64,000 nt of DNA. Origin: an uncultured Acidobacteriota bacterium. GTDB lineage: Bacteria > Acidobacteriota > Thermoanaerobaculia > Gp7-AA8. The notes beneath the pieces were generated by a model. That model saw only the letters and a program-made list of their open reading frames with translations, did not search any database and was not told the origin of the DNA. Positions 30,001-43,614 of the stretch are shown here, in pieces. Positions within the stretch are counted from its first letter, which is position 1. Every line of letters starts with the position of its first letter. The position numbers were made by a program, and so were the translations under genes. The DNA lies in assembly GCA_963822445.1 (NCBI GenBank), contig CAWGHO010000001.1:512001-576000 (forward strand), read 5' to 3'.

Positions 30001-30079
30001 ACGGGAGCTGATGAAGCAGGACGAATTCAGCCACCCGTACTACTGGTCGGCGTTCGTTCTCGTAGCGACTTCGCAATGA
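27047..30079 (+). CDS. TPR + CHAT (caspase-like) domain protein
   Basis: LIPDGMLWRLPF, LHFATHG, ILSACES, VSQWKV, HPYYWSAF; N-terminal signal-like segment. Confidence 0.92.
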   Translation: MLSLLLLLGIAVPVGGVWPPPAETVATEFVRVLRSGDMEQLATIATGAAVASEDWRELRHAVEKFDCISIRAHSVEVTNITETEAALVVTTDATAFARGNKSPLRLPRRWHVVAVPADGGWKLQSILNEEKVIARRLMAVPELTEQTFLDAVGNGDLERILLEFISHPGLYANEGTAKADLARGIARKRGLVMPELVSLLEESLLLLEHRNNPAGAQEVGERMIAFAELHALPDGLATARLTAGVLAWRNGRFDDALEHFAVASSLMNDVEDPRGPMKALYMRALLLMNRGRYREALASAAILGDAAERFSWLEGVFLTSVLRGSTFTLLQDKSTAAHFDRHALRLAERMRREEFITISLSNLAEAEEALENGAEAARLRQRIVARARSAKADQAALATMHLSLATALAKDNRRAQADAELQTALRIARSSPEKLLEAEIVQALAQLRLAESRPEEALRFAEEADALARQFGATIGLHRGTRLWAIRSTLGSALRATGKEREAAEALRSSIDLIEAARSSVGADEVALSSFLRDKAHPYLELMSLHIDQGRSLDALVVSERFRARALATAAAQGNVDPFASMTEADRKRHDSLQDAISDLNRKLLADRDAPANAAIDEQLGQVRAELRAFLSQIYAARADIRHRSLEDPAIVLADGARVLPDANEIALSFSVHDDRTYVFCIERAADRLELSVRRIPVGKAELEERIRRFVARIERRDLDYRRDARSLHDLLLQPFASQVAGKRLLYLIPDGMLWRLPFQALQRPDGKYVAETVAVAYTPSLLLLRNKRRRDQAEPARPALLAIADPTLPQYTATTARATHRDVDLGPLPDTRSEVEAIRDLYDEKSRVLLGPAATESAAKSLAPRFGVLHFATHGILVDGAPMYSALVLAGSGTDDGLLEAREMMELPLGADLAILSACESAGGDVTPGEGIIGMSWALMVAGCRNTVVSQWKVESRSTAALMIAFHRHAARGGDYAYALQRAQRELMKQDEFSHPYYWSAFVLVATSQ

Positions 30080-31169
30080 GCGCGGCGTTTGCCGCGACGC
30101 GCTGCGCACGAGCCGATCGGGGATAGTCCGCGGCGTGACGCGCCAGCGATCGCGCGCCTTCCTCAATGAGTCCTTCGCGCATGCAGATCAATCCCGCTTC
30201 GAGCGGCGAGTCCGAGCGGCGTGCGGCCAGGAGCTCTTCGTGCGCGTCGCTGCCGAGGACGTGAAAGAGCACCGGCGGATCGGGAGGCGCCGGAACCGTC
30301 GTGCTTCGACCGTCCGGCGACACGACGCGCAACTGCCAGCGGTAAGTCGCTCCACGCTTCAGCGGACGGTCCACGGGCCACGACGTACCCTTCGACGGAG
30401 GACTCTCGGCGACGAGCGCATACGTGCGATCAAAAACCTGCACTCTCATCTCCACCCCGTCAGCGCGCCTGTTCCACCGAAACGTGGGCCGATCCGATTC
30501 AATGACCATCCCAGCCGGGTCCATCAACTGCACCTCGGATTCCACCGTCGCACCGACGGAACGTTGAGATTCGTTGGGCGGGTGCAGCGACGAGACAAGG
30601 GCGACCGCCGGAAACGTTCCGGCCTCGATCGCCGCCGCGACACCGCGCAGCGGAGGCGCCAGCGAATCCATCGGATCGGCGGCCGGAAGAGTGGGGGTCT
30701 TTTCCGCCGTCTGCGTCGGGGGCATGACATCACGGTGCGCGATGGGCTGCCGCGACTCGGCGGGAACGTACCTGTCGTACACCCAGAAAGACATCGCAGC
30801 GATGAGCACCGCCGCCGCAGCAGCCGCCCACCAACGCCATGGTCGATGCGCGAACGTGCGGGCGTACGCTTCGAGATCCTCCATCTCCCGAGCGCACGAG
30901 GAACACGCTTCTGCGTGTCCGATGATGTCCGTACGTTCCTCCGGCGAGAGCTCGCCGTTCACGTAGCGCTCAATCGTTTCGTACGGAATGTGTTCGCCGC
31001 GCGTGGCGTCGAGCGTCCGTTGCCACGCGACCGTGTTCGTCACGCCGGAAGCAACCACGCGGCGGCACTCGTCACAAGCGGCGAGATGATCGTCGACCGC
31101 GAGCAACTTCTTCGAATCGAGCTTCCGCCGTTTGTAGGCCTCGAGGTCCGCCGCGACGGGATGGATCAT
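30027..31169 (-). CDS. Anti-sigma factor with two zinc-binding HxxxCxxC motifs, a TM helix and a beta-rich C-terminal domain
   Basis: HLAACDEC, HAEACSSC, WWAAAAAAVLIAAMSFW; ATGA overlap with the sigma gene. Confidence 0.8.
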   Translation of the reverse strand: MIHPVAADLEAYKRRKLDSKKLLAVDDHLAACDECRRVVASGVTNTVAWQRTLDATRGEHIPYETIERYVNGELSPEERTDIIGHAEACSSCAREMEDLEAYARTFAHRPWRWWAAAAAAVLIAAMSFWVYDRYVPAESRQPIAHRDVMPPTQTAEKTPTLPAADPMDSLAPPLRGVAAAIEAGTFPAVALVSSLHPPNESQRSVGATVESEVQLMDPAGMVIESDRPTFRWNRRADGVEMRVQVFDRTYALVAESPPSKGTSWPVDRPLKRGATYRWQLRVVSPDGRSTTVPAPPDPPVLFHVLGSDAHEELLAARRSDSPLEAGLICMREGLIEEGARSLARHAADYPRSARAQRVAANAALIAKSLRERTPTSSTGG

Positions 31170-32161
31170 GAAGGATTCCTCCGCTTGGTTCGAACCGGAT
31201 TGAGACGGCGCGCGAGACGGTCGCGCGCGGAGCGCCGGAGATTGATCACCTGCTGCCGCGTGATGTGGAGAATGACCGCGATCCGCGTGTCCTCGAGCGG
31301 CAGTTCGTTCCAGAGGTCGCCGAATGCCTCGGGGTCGAGCGCAAGGGTGTCCGCCACCTGGCGGATCGTGGCCACGCCGGTGATGGGAAGGAACTGCGTG
31401 ACCGACTCGCCCGCGGCGTCGCGTGCACTGAGCAGAAGTGCGATGCGCTGGTTGAGCGGCAGCTCGCAGATCTCCCGCCAGAGCTCCCGCAACAACTGGA
31501 GGTTCTCGAGCTCCTGTCCGGGTGCGCCGGCCCTCGGCGTCGATTCGTCGCGCAGGTCCTCGCTCCCGAAAGCCGAGGCTGGCGCAAGCCGCGCCATCAC
31601 ATCGTCGAAGGCGATCGGACCACCGGTCTGCTGAAAAAGATCGATCAGGTTCAGGCGGACGTCAGCTCCCGGCGCAATGCTCACTTCGTCGATGCGGACC
31701 TGGGCCGGAGGAGTACGCCCCTCCTCTCCGGCAAAGCCGCAGTACGCTGTGCCGGCGACTTCCCAGAGCGCGAACCGCGCGTCGTTCCGGAGCGCATACC
31801 GCACGCGATTTCGCAACTTCGTCCACGCCGGAAATGCCCGGCGCATGAAGTCATCGAACGTGTTGAAGGCGACGACCGAGACGTAGTCCGCGAAATTCTG
31901 GAGCGGCTCGGGCGCGAGCCGTTGAAGGCGATGCACCAGTTTGAGCAGAATCTCGGCGCGTACGTCGTCCCGCTGGTCCGCGGCGAGGCTCGAGCGGCGG
32001 AAACGCCCGCCGAGGATGCGGTCGATGCGCCAGTAGACATGAGTGGAGAGAAGGCTGGCAATCGCCTCTTCCCGCGCCCGATCCGTCGGCGCGTGAAGGA
32101 CATCCTCGAGGACGGGATCGTTTACACCCGCACCCGGTCGATCGGCAGGTTCGGCGGCCAC
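31166..32161 (-). CDS. ECF-type sigma-70 factor with internal insertion
   Basis: DDVRAEILLKL, YVSVVAFNTFDDFMR, ICELPLNQRIALLL, QVINLRRSARDRL; start codon uncertain. Confidence 0.8.
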   Translation of the reverse strand: MAAEPADRPGAGVNDPVLEDVLHAPTDRAREEAIASLLSTHVYWRIDRILGGRFRRSSLAADQRDDVRAEILLKLVHRLQRLAPEPLQNFADYVSVVAFNTFDDFMRRAFPAWTKLRNRVRYALRNDARFALWEVAGTAYCGFAGEEGRTPPAQVRIDEVSIAPGADVRLNLIDLFQQTGGPIAFDDVMARLAPASAFGSEDLRDESTPRAGAPGQELENLQLLRELWREICELPLNQRIALLLSARDAAGESVTQFLPITGVATIRQVADTLALDPEAFGDLWNELPLEDTRIAVILHITRQQVINLRRSARDRLARRLNPVRTKRRNPS

Positions 32162-32227
32162 AGTCGTCTCTGGAGTGTAGACGACAAAGAGTCGCGCATA
32201 TGCGCATCCCGAAGGGGGCAAAAAGCG

Positions 32228-32255
32228 AAAAGCCGCTGATTTCTCAGCGGCTTTT
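32228..32255 (-). terminator. rRNA operon terminator
   Basis: AAAAGCCGCTGA-TTTC-TCAGCGGCTTTT hairpin just past the 5S gene. Confidence 0.8.
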
Positions 32256-32267
32256 CATAAAAATTAT

Positions 32268-32384
32268 CCCGGCGGCGTCCTACTTTCCCACGCAGTTGCC
32301 CGCGCAGTATCATTGGCGATGCGGAGCTTGACTGCCGTGTTCGGAATGGGAACGGGTATTTCCTCCGCTCTATGACCACCGGAA
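32268..32384 (-). rRNA. rrf: 5S rRNA
   Basis: Reverse complement contains CCCGTTCCCATTCCGAACACGG and AAGTAGGACGCCGCCGGG. Confidence 0.95.
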
Positions 32385-32482
32385 ACTTGGTTTCTGGTTG
32401 GTTAAAGCAAAATTCATTGAATACGGGTAGTAGTGAGATGGTCGGCGTTGTAGCTAGCAGACAACATCAAATCAAGACAAAT

Positions 32483-35453
<2,971 letters not shown>

Positions 35454-35707
35454 AAAGTGCCTTGATCTCATGCGATCTGCAGCTACCACACGTTTACTCA
35501 CGATATGACGCTTGCATCTCATTTACTTACCCGTATTCAATTGTCAAAGAGACTTCGGGCGTCGGTGCCCTGAAAACTGACTAGGAAAGCACGAGGCGAA
35601 ACGCTTGCCGAGCATTGCGCTCAGCAGATTCCTTTCGACCTAGGTTGACATCATTCGGCACCTAGACGATGCCGTCGCGATCTCGTTTTGATCCGAGACG
35701 GAAGATG

Positions 35708-37250
<1,543 letters not shown>

Positions 37251-37404
37251 TTATCTGTTGAATTTGAAGCTCTAGCATCAGTCAGTAACGACTGTTGCTT
37301 ATTCGGATACTTCTTATGTGTGTTTCTGACGAGTCCGACGTTGTTCAATGAACATAGTCAGGACTCAAAGGAATCACGTTTGCCTTCGTTGCTTTCCTAT
37401 TCAG

Positions 37405-37418
37405 TTGTCAAGGAACCG
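37405..37418 (-). promoter_or_regulatory. boxA-like antitermination element in the rRNA leader (second copy near 35542-35551 in the ITS)
   Basis: Reverse complement GGTTCCTTGACAAC and CTCTTTGACA, at the positions expected for boxA. Confidence 0.5.
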
Positions 37419-38002
37419 ACTACTTTCGATCGCGTCGGATCGGTGCTGCGTACGACTCGCGTTTTTCCCGCTTTCGTCCGCACCGCCGATCCCGCGCTGG
37501 GATCATGGGTAACCTGCTGCAACCCCTTGTTATTTCAACCGCTTACGGCCCCGCTCGACTCTGTCTGGCGGCCCGCCGCCGTTCATGCGCCGGGATCGAG
37601 TCATAACTCGGAGCGACTCGCGGTTATTTCAACGACCGCGCCGGCTTCCTGTTCGGCTCGCCTTGTCTTCAGCGCGGACCAGGGATAACCGGATCGCGGC
37701 GCAGACATTCCACGAATGTAGGAATCGGCCGCGAAACCGTCCCTTGGAAGGGTAGCGGCGTGGGGCCTCCCGTCACGTTCTCGGCAGGCCGCTCTCTGCA
37801 GGGCGGGCTCGGACGCACCCGCGTGATGATGGCGTGCACATCCATGGTCTCAACGAGCCCCCCGAGAAGTGACGGCATTGCCGCCGCGTCTGCTGCATGC
37901 CAGCGACGCCTGCCGGCAGGTCGCCGACCGCACCGTCCTGCTCCCAAGCTCCTCGGCCGCAAGCGCACAAGAAAAAGAAGGCGGCGCCGAAGCCTCGAGT
38001 GA

Positions 38003-39586
38003 TCAGCGCAACGGAATCGATTGCGCGTGATGAAAATGGTCCTCGGGATCCCACCGCTGTTTGACCTTGACCAGATTGCGCGGATTCCGCCGGAAGTTGT
38101 CGAGGAAATACAGCCAGAGCGCGCGGTCGACGTCACCACGCTCGTGGCTGCCGAGCACCGTGTCGGGATAGTTGTAGTAGGCGCCGTCGACGGTGCCGGT
38201 CTCGTCGCGGGCCGGGTCGGGCGTGCCGCCGTATTCGGCATACACGTCACGATAGAAATCGTTGATCCACTCGAGGTGCGTGCCGGCTTGCGCGCGGTAG
38301 GGCTGCTGATCGCTCTCCCCCGGCTTCGAATCATTGATCCAGTACGTCTGGTACTGAAGCTTCATGATGGAGCTGCGCTGCGGCACCGGGGTCGCATCCG
38401 CCGCCCGCCTGTTGATCGCGCCGCCGTAGCTGTCCACCTGCAGCAATGACTGGCTCATGTCGCCGGGAGGAAGGCCGGACGGAGTGGTGTTCAACCATCG
38501 ATAGATGGCCTCTACCTGATCGTCCGGAAAGCGCTTCTTCATGTAGGCCGATTTGTACTTGCCGAACTGATTCGGCCCGGAGCCGTTCATCGTCTGCAGC
38601 GCCTCCAGGTAGGTGACGTGCTGCACCGCGACGCTGGCCGGCAGGGTCGTCATGTAGCCGGGATGCCCGCCGAGCGGCTTCTGGAGGGACACGGCCGGCA
38701 CGACCTGGCCGAGCCGCGCTCGAGCTCCCTGAAAGCTCGACTCGGCCCGCTCGCGATGCTCGCGTTGTGCGACACCCGGCGCCGACACCATCTGCATGAT
38801 CAGGCCGATCTGCCCGTTCGAGACGTGGTTCAGTTTGAAGAGGGTGAAGTCGGTATCGGGCATCTCCGCGACGAAGTCCGCGTAGACGGCCAGCAGTCCG
38901 GCGAACGTCTTCCGGTCGAGATCGGACCAGTTCCAGGCCAGAGTCGCGATCGAGGCATGCGCTGGCGCGTCGGGCAATTGCGCAAAGTAGTAGCGCACGA
39001 TGACGCCGAAGTTGCCGCACCCGGCGCCGCACAAGGCCCAGAACAAGTCCCGCTCGTCGCTCGTCGCGCTCTCGGCGGACACGTGACGCAGCTCCGCCCG
39101 TCCCGTCCTCGCGTCCCATGTCACGATGTCCACGGCGCTCAGGTGATCGACGGTCAAGCCGTGCAGCCGAGACAACAGCCCATACCCGCCGCCGGTAATG
39201 TGACCGCCCGCGCCGACCGAATAGCAGCTGCCGGCGGGCAGGGTCTTGTTGAACGCATTCAACAGCGTGCGGTAAACGGTCCAGTTCTCACATCCGGCAT
39301 CGACGAAGAAGGCATTGCGTACCGGATCGAGCCCGACCTGGTTCAGCGCGGACATGTCGATGACGGCCCGCGTGGTGCTGTTGTAGACGAAGTTCTCATA
39401 GCAGTGACGTCCCGAGGCGACCTTGACGTCTCTGCCGTAGGCGTTGATGGCCGCAGTCACACAGTCAGCGACGCGCTCCGGATAGGTCGGCGCGTACACC
39501 GCTTGCAGGTTCGCCGCGAACCAGCGGCGGTCGAATCCCTGGCGATCGCTGAGAACAACGGGGCGGTTTCCGGCAGATGGGATCAC
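38003..39586 (-). CDS. FAD-linked oxidase, VAO/BBE family
   Basis: GTGA overlap with the xdh stop; SGRHCYE, PAGSCYSVGAGGHITGGGYG, DLFWA, GAYYNYPD, VKQRWDP. Confidence 0.9.
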   Translation of the reverse strand: MIPSAGNRPVVLSDRQGFDRRWFAANLQAVYAPTYPERVADCVTAAINAYGRDVKVASGRHCYENFVYNSTTRAVIDMSALNQVGLDPVRNAFFVDAGCENWTVYRTLLNAFNKTLPAGSCYSVGAGGHITGGGYGLLSRLHGLTVDHLSAVDIVTWDARTGRAELRHVSAESATSDERDLFWALCGAGCGNFGVIVRYYFAQLPDAPAHASIATLAWNWSDLDRKTFAGLLAVYADFVAEMPDTDFTLFKLNHVSNGQIGLIMQMVSAPGVAQREHRERAESSFQGARARLGQVVPAVSLQKPLGGHPGYMTTLPASVAVQHVTYLEALQTMNGSGPNQFGKYKSAYMKKRFPDDQVEAIYRWLNTTPSGLPPGDMSQSLLQVDSYGGAINRRAADATPVPQRSSIMKLQYQTYWINDSKPGESDQQPYRAQAGTHLEWINDFYRDVYAEYGGTPDPARDETGTVDGAYYNYPDTVLGSHERGDVDRALWLYFLDNFRRNPRNLVKVKQRWDPEDHFHHAQSIPLR

Positions 39587-42500
39587 AGATGCATCGACCC
39601 CCGCTGCACCCTGCAGTGACTCTGCACTCGTCCCACCGTCGCCGGCGCGGGCATGGTGAACCACGTATCGTCGCCCTGGTCGCGCCGCGCGGCCATGATG
39701 GCTTGCTTGATCGCGAAGAACGCTGACGTCGAGAGCACGAGCGGCGGCTCTCCGATGCCTCGCGAGGACATCACCGCGGAGTTGCTCTGATTCGGATCGC
39801 CGCCTTTGTCGAGGGTCACCCGCAGGTCGACGGGGATCGATTTCGAACAGGGCGGCTTGTACTCCCACGTGCCGTTCGAGTAGAGCCGGCCGTCGGGCTC
39901 GTACATCATCTGCTCGGTTGTCATCAGTCCGAGTCCCTGCACGAACGCGCCTTCGACCTGTCCGACGTCGAGGCAGGGATTGAGGCTGTGCCCGATGTCG
40001 ATGAGGATGTCGGAGCGAAGCACGGTCGTCTCGCCGGTGAGCACATCGATCTCGACCTCGCTCGCCGCGGCGGCATAGACGAAGTAGAGGAACGCGCGGC
40101 CGTACTGGCTCGTCCCCTCGACGTCGCCGATCAGCGGCGTCTGGTAGAACCCCTCCACCGCAAGGTTCACGCGCGCCGCGTACGCGCCGCCGACGATCGA
40201 CGGCCAGAGCTGCTTCCAGTTCGTCTTCCAGCCCTTGACTTTGTTTTCTTTGCAGTACTTCTCGAGCCGCGCGCGCAACTCGAGGCAGGCGTTCTTCACC
40301 GCGCCGCCGAACAGATCCGAGCCTGACGACGCGGCCGTCGGCGTGGCATTCGGCATGGTGTCCGTCGATGTCTGCGCGACATGGATGATGCTCATGTCGA
40401 TGCCGAGGGTCTCGGCGGCGATCTGCATCATCTTCGTGTCGATCCCCTGCCCCGACTCGGCGCCACCGTGCTGCAGCATCACGCTTCCGTCGGCCGCGTA
40501 CGCGGCGACATAGGCGACACCCTGATCGAGAAGACGCGGCTGATAGCCGACGCCGTACTTGAGCGGGATCATCGTCAGCCCGCGCTTGCGCCAGCGATTC
40601 TTCGCGTTGAACCTGTCGACGGCGTCCCGGCGCTTGTTGAAGTCGGACGACTTCATCAGCCGCTTCCAGAGATCGCGGATGTTGCACTGATCGAGCTTCT
40701 GTGCGTAGGGCGTGGTCTGGTACGAGCGCCTCGAGCCATCCTGGTACATGTTCTTCCAGCGCACATCCTCGGCGCGCATGCCGCACGCGTGCGCGATCTT
40801 CTCGATGGCCTCCTCGCAGATCAGCGTGGCCTGCACTACGCCGAAACTGCGGAATGCCGTGTTGCTGGCGTTGTTCGTCCGGCAGACATCGCCGCGGCTG
40901 TGCCACGTCGGCACGAAGTACGCGCCGTCGGAATGCTGCTGCGAGAGATCCATCACGGGGAAACTGAGATCGTATGTCGAGCCGCCGTTGGAGTAGAGCT
41001 GCACCTTGTAGCCTTTGATCTCCCCCTTCTTCGTGAACGTCGCATGGAAGCGGCCCTGGTACGGGTGCCGCTTGCCGGTGACGTTCATGTCCGTGTTGCG
41101 GTCGAGGAGCAATCGCACCGGCCGATTGAGAATCCATGCCGCGATGGCCGGCGCCGGATTGATGACCAGAGGCCGCGCCTGTTTGCCGCCGAAACCGCCG
41201 CCGAGCGGACGCTGGAAGACGGTGACGGCGCTGTTCTCGATCTCCAGGAGCTGGGCGACGGATGATTGCACCGACGATCCCTGCTGCGTTCCCGAATAGA
41301 TCGTCATCTTCCCCTGCGCCTCGGGAAGCGCGAGCGCGCCTTGCGTCTCCATGTAGAAGTGTTCCTGGGCCTCGTTCCCCATCTCTCCTTCGACGACTTC
41401 GCATCCCTTCATCGGCTGCGTCGGATCCTTCAGCCACTTCTCGTCGCTTCCCTTGCGCGTGATATCGGGGATGTGCTGGTTCTCCTTCTGCTGGGGGAAG
41501 AAGTCTTTTTTCGAGACCGCCTCGTCGATCGTCAGCACGGGCGTCGCCGGCTTGAACTCGATCAGCTCCGATTGGATGTACCAGGCGGCGCGCTGCGCGG
41601 TCCAGCGGTCCTTCGCCACCACGAGACCGATCGGCTGGCCCCAGCAGATGATCTGTTGATTGAGAGCGAACACGACGTCGTCTCCGCCGAGCCCGAGGTA
41701 GGGGTTTTTCTGGTTCGGGACGTCGGCGGCGGTGATGTACGCGACCACGCCGGCGAACTTCGCCTGCGCGGCTTTCAATGCGCCGGCTTTGTAGCGGAAC
41801 GTGCCGCTGGCGATCTCGCTGATGACGAACGCCGAGTCGTATCCGTGCGGCGGCAACGGAATGTCCTGCGTGTATTTCTGCTCGCCGGCGGCCTGCACGA
41901 ACGCCGTCGTCTTGAGGATCGGCTCACCGACCGGCTTCTCCTGGTGATAGACGCTCACCGTCTGCGTGCCGCCGGAGAGCGCGCGCACGTAGACTTCGCC
42001 GCCGGAGCGGTTCTCGGGCTCCACTTCCTTCGGGAAACGCTCGTTGGCAACGTGCAGAAAAAACTTGTAGAGCAGCGTCTCGCAGAGCGACTCGCGGTAG
42101 CCTTCCGGAAGGAAGTTGGTGCCCGGCATCGGACGAATCACCTTCGCGACTTCGCCAGCGAGCACCCGCAGTGCCTCCTGCAGTGTTGCGTCGTTCCACT
42201 TCTTGCCGGTGATGGCTGCTTCGGTTTTCGTCATGCGTGACGGCAGATTCGCGAGGCCGCCGTAGAGGATCGTCGCGCTCTGGATCGTGCCTTTTTTGTC
42301 GAGGCGCACGAGGAAGCCGGCATTCACGATCGCGTGCGCGTTCTGATCGCGATAGGCGATCTTGAACGTCTCGATCTCGTCGCCTTCCTGCGAGTACGGA
42401 ATGTGGAAAGACTGTGCGATCGCATCAGCGGGAAGTTTCCACACCGCGGGTAGATCCGCCATCGCGTAGGTCTTGTTGCCTTCGTGCGAGGCGATCATGA

Positions 42501-43605
42501 TCGACGCGCCGAGGGTCTGCAGCACGAGGTAGACGTCCGATGGGAACGGCGAATCCGTCTCCGCCTGCGCGCGCGTCATCATTACGTTGCCGCCGATCGA
42601 GCCGATGTTGCGCACCTGCAGGTTGGCGACGTCGAGCAGATGGCGGCGGAACGCCGCGAAACCGCGCGTCTTGTCCTTCGGCTTCTTCTCGATCACGCGC
42701 TGCAGCTCATCGATCACGTTCTGCAGCGGCTCCGCGGCACCGACATCGAGTCCTTTGCCGGTCTCGCGGAAGCCGAGGAGGCTCGCGATCGCGTGGATGT
42801 CGATGAGGATGTGCGGGTCGTCGACGTCGGCCTTGTAGATGCCGATCGACGTGTTGCCGGCGACGAGCTTCACGTTGCGCGAGTTGCCGCCGTGCGACGC
42901 CTTGATCTTCTGTGCCTCTTCGAGCGTCGCCGGACGGAACCAGCGATAACCGCGGCCGGCGCTCTCCAGCGACGACATCTTTTCGGCGTACTCGATCAGC
43001 TCGCGCGGGAACTCCGTTGACGGACGCGGGCCCGGCAGATGCTGCTCGATCGGCACGTCGGCGTGGCAGCGGTGATTCGTCGAGTAGGTGTTGTGCTTCT
43101 TGAAATCGACGGCGAAGCTCTTCATCCCCTCGAGGATCGGGCGGTAGCCGGTGCAGCGGCAAAGGTGGCCGTCGAAAAGGTCTTCGATCTGCTGCTGCTC
43201 GGGCTTCGGATTGTTGCGGAGGAACGTGAACATGTTCATCACGAACCCCGGCGTGCAGAAGCCGCATTGCGAGCCGTTGTGTGCGGCGATCCGATACTGA
43301 ACCGGATCGAGTTTCTCGCGCGTGCTCCCGATGCCCTCGGTGGTCGTGATCATCGCGCCATCAAGCGAGCAAATCGGACGGAGACAGGAGTTGATCGCCG
43401 TCTCGGCGACGCGCCGCTCTTTCGGCTCCCAACGCGAGAGCATCACCGTGCACGCGCCGCAGCCTCCTTCGCCGCAGGAAAGCTTCGTGCCGGTGAATCC
43501 GATGGCGTCGCTGCGCAGCCAGTCGATGAGCAGCGTGGTGGGATCGGGGTCGGCAATCTCGAAGCGGTCTCCGTTGACGTAGAAGAGGATCGCGTGCGAA
43601 GTCAT
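39583..43605 (-). CDS. Single-chain xanthine dehydrogenase/aldehyde oxidase family molybdoenzyme (2Fe-2S + FAD + Mo domains)
   Basis: GTKLSCGEGGCGAC, QCGFCTPG, LCRCTGY, QEHFYMET, GGGFGGKQ, TAFRSFG, GQVEGAF, GIGEPP. Confidence 0.93.
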   Translation of the reverse strand: MTSHAILFYVNGDRFEIADPDPTTLLIDWLRSDAIGFTGTKLSCGEGGCGACTVMLSRWEPKERRVAETAINSCLRPICSLDGAMITTTEGIGSTREKLDPVQYRIAAHNGSQCGFCTPGFVMNMFTFLRNNPKPEQQQIEDLFDGHLCRCTGYRPILEGMKSFAVDFKKHNTYSTNHRCHADVPIEQHLPGPRPSTEFPRELIEYAEKMSSLESAGRGYRWFRPATLEEAQKIKASHGGNSRNVKLVAGNTSIGIYKADVDDPHILIDIHAIASLLGFRETGKGLDVGAAEPLQNVIDELQRVIEKKPKDKTRGFAAFRRHLLDVANLQVRNIGSIGGNVMMTRAQAETDSPFPSDVYLVLQTLGASIMIASHEGNKTYAMADLPAVWKLPADAIAQSFHIPYSQEGDEIETFKIAYRDQNAHAIVNAGFLVRLDKKGTIQSATILYGGLANLPSRMTKTEAAITGKKWNDATLQEALRVLAGEVAKVIRPMPGTNFLPEGYRESLCETLLYKFFLHVANERFPKEVEPENRSGGEVYVRALSGGTQTVSVYHQEKPVGEPILKTTAFVQAAGEQKYTQDIPLPPHGYDSAFVISEIASGTFRYKAGALKAAQAKFAGVVAYITAADVPNQKNPYLGLGGDDVVFALNQQIICWGQPIGLVVAKDRWTAQRAAWYIQSELIEFKPATPVLTIDEAVSKKDFFPQQKENQHIPDITRKGSDEKWLKDPTQPMKGCEVVEGEMGNEAQEHFYMETQGALALPEAQGKMTIYSGTQQGSSVQSSVAQLLEIENSAVTVFQRPLGGGFGGKQARPLVINPAPAIAAWILNRPVRLLLDRNTDMNVTGKRHPYQGRFHATFTKKGEIKGYKVQLYSNGGSTYDLSFPVMDLSQQHSDGAYFVPTWHSRGDVCRTNNASNTAFRSFGVVQATLICEEAIEKIAHACGMRAEDVRWKNMYQDGSRRSYQTTPYAQKLDQCNIRDLWKRLMKSSDFNKRRDAVDRFNAKNRWRKRGLTMIPLKYGVGYQPRLLDQGVAYVAAYAADGSVMLQHGGAESGQGIDTKMMQIAAETLGIDMSIIHVAQTSTDTMPNATPTAASSGSDLFGGAVKNACLELRARLEKYCKENKVKGWKTNWKQLWPSIVGGAYAARVNLAVEGFYQTPLIGDVEGTSQYGRAFLYFVYAAAASEVEIDVLTGETTVLRSDILIDIGHSLNPCLDVGQVEGAFVQGLGLMTTEQMMYEPDGRLYSNGTWEYKPPCSKSIPVDLRVTLDKGGDPNQSNSAVMSSRGIGEPPLVLSTSAFFAIKQAIMAARRDQGDDTWFTMPAPATVGRVQSHCRVQRGSMHL

Positions 43606-43614
43606 GCGTTCTCC

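Noticed and set aside
38003-41437. 1144-aa ORF as a giant BBE fusion
   Set aside because: The first ~617 codons are an off-frame read of xdh; the real start is GTG 39586
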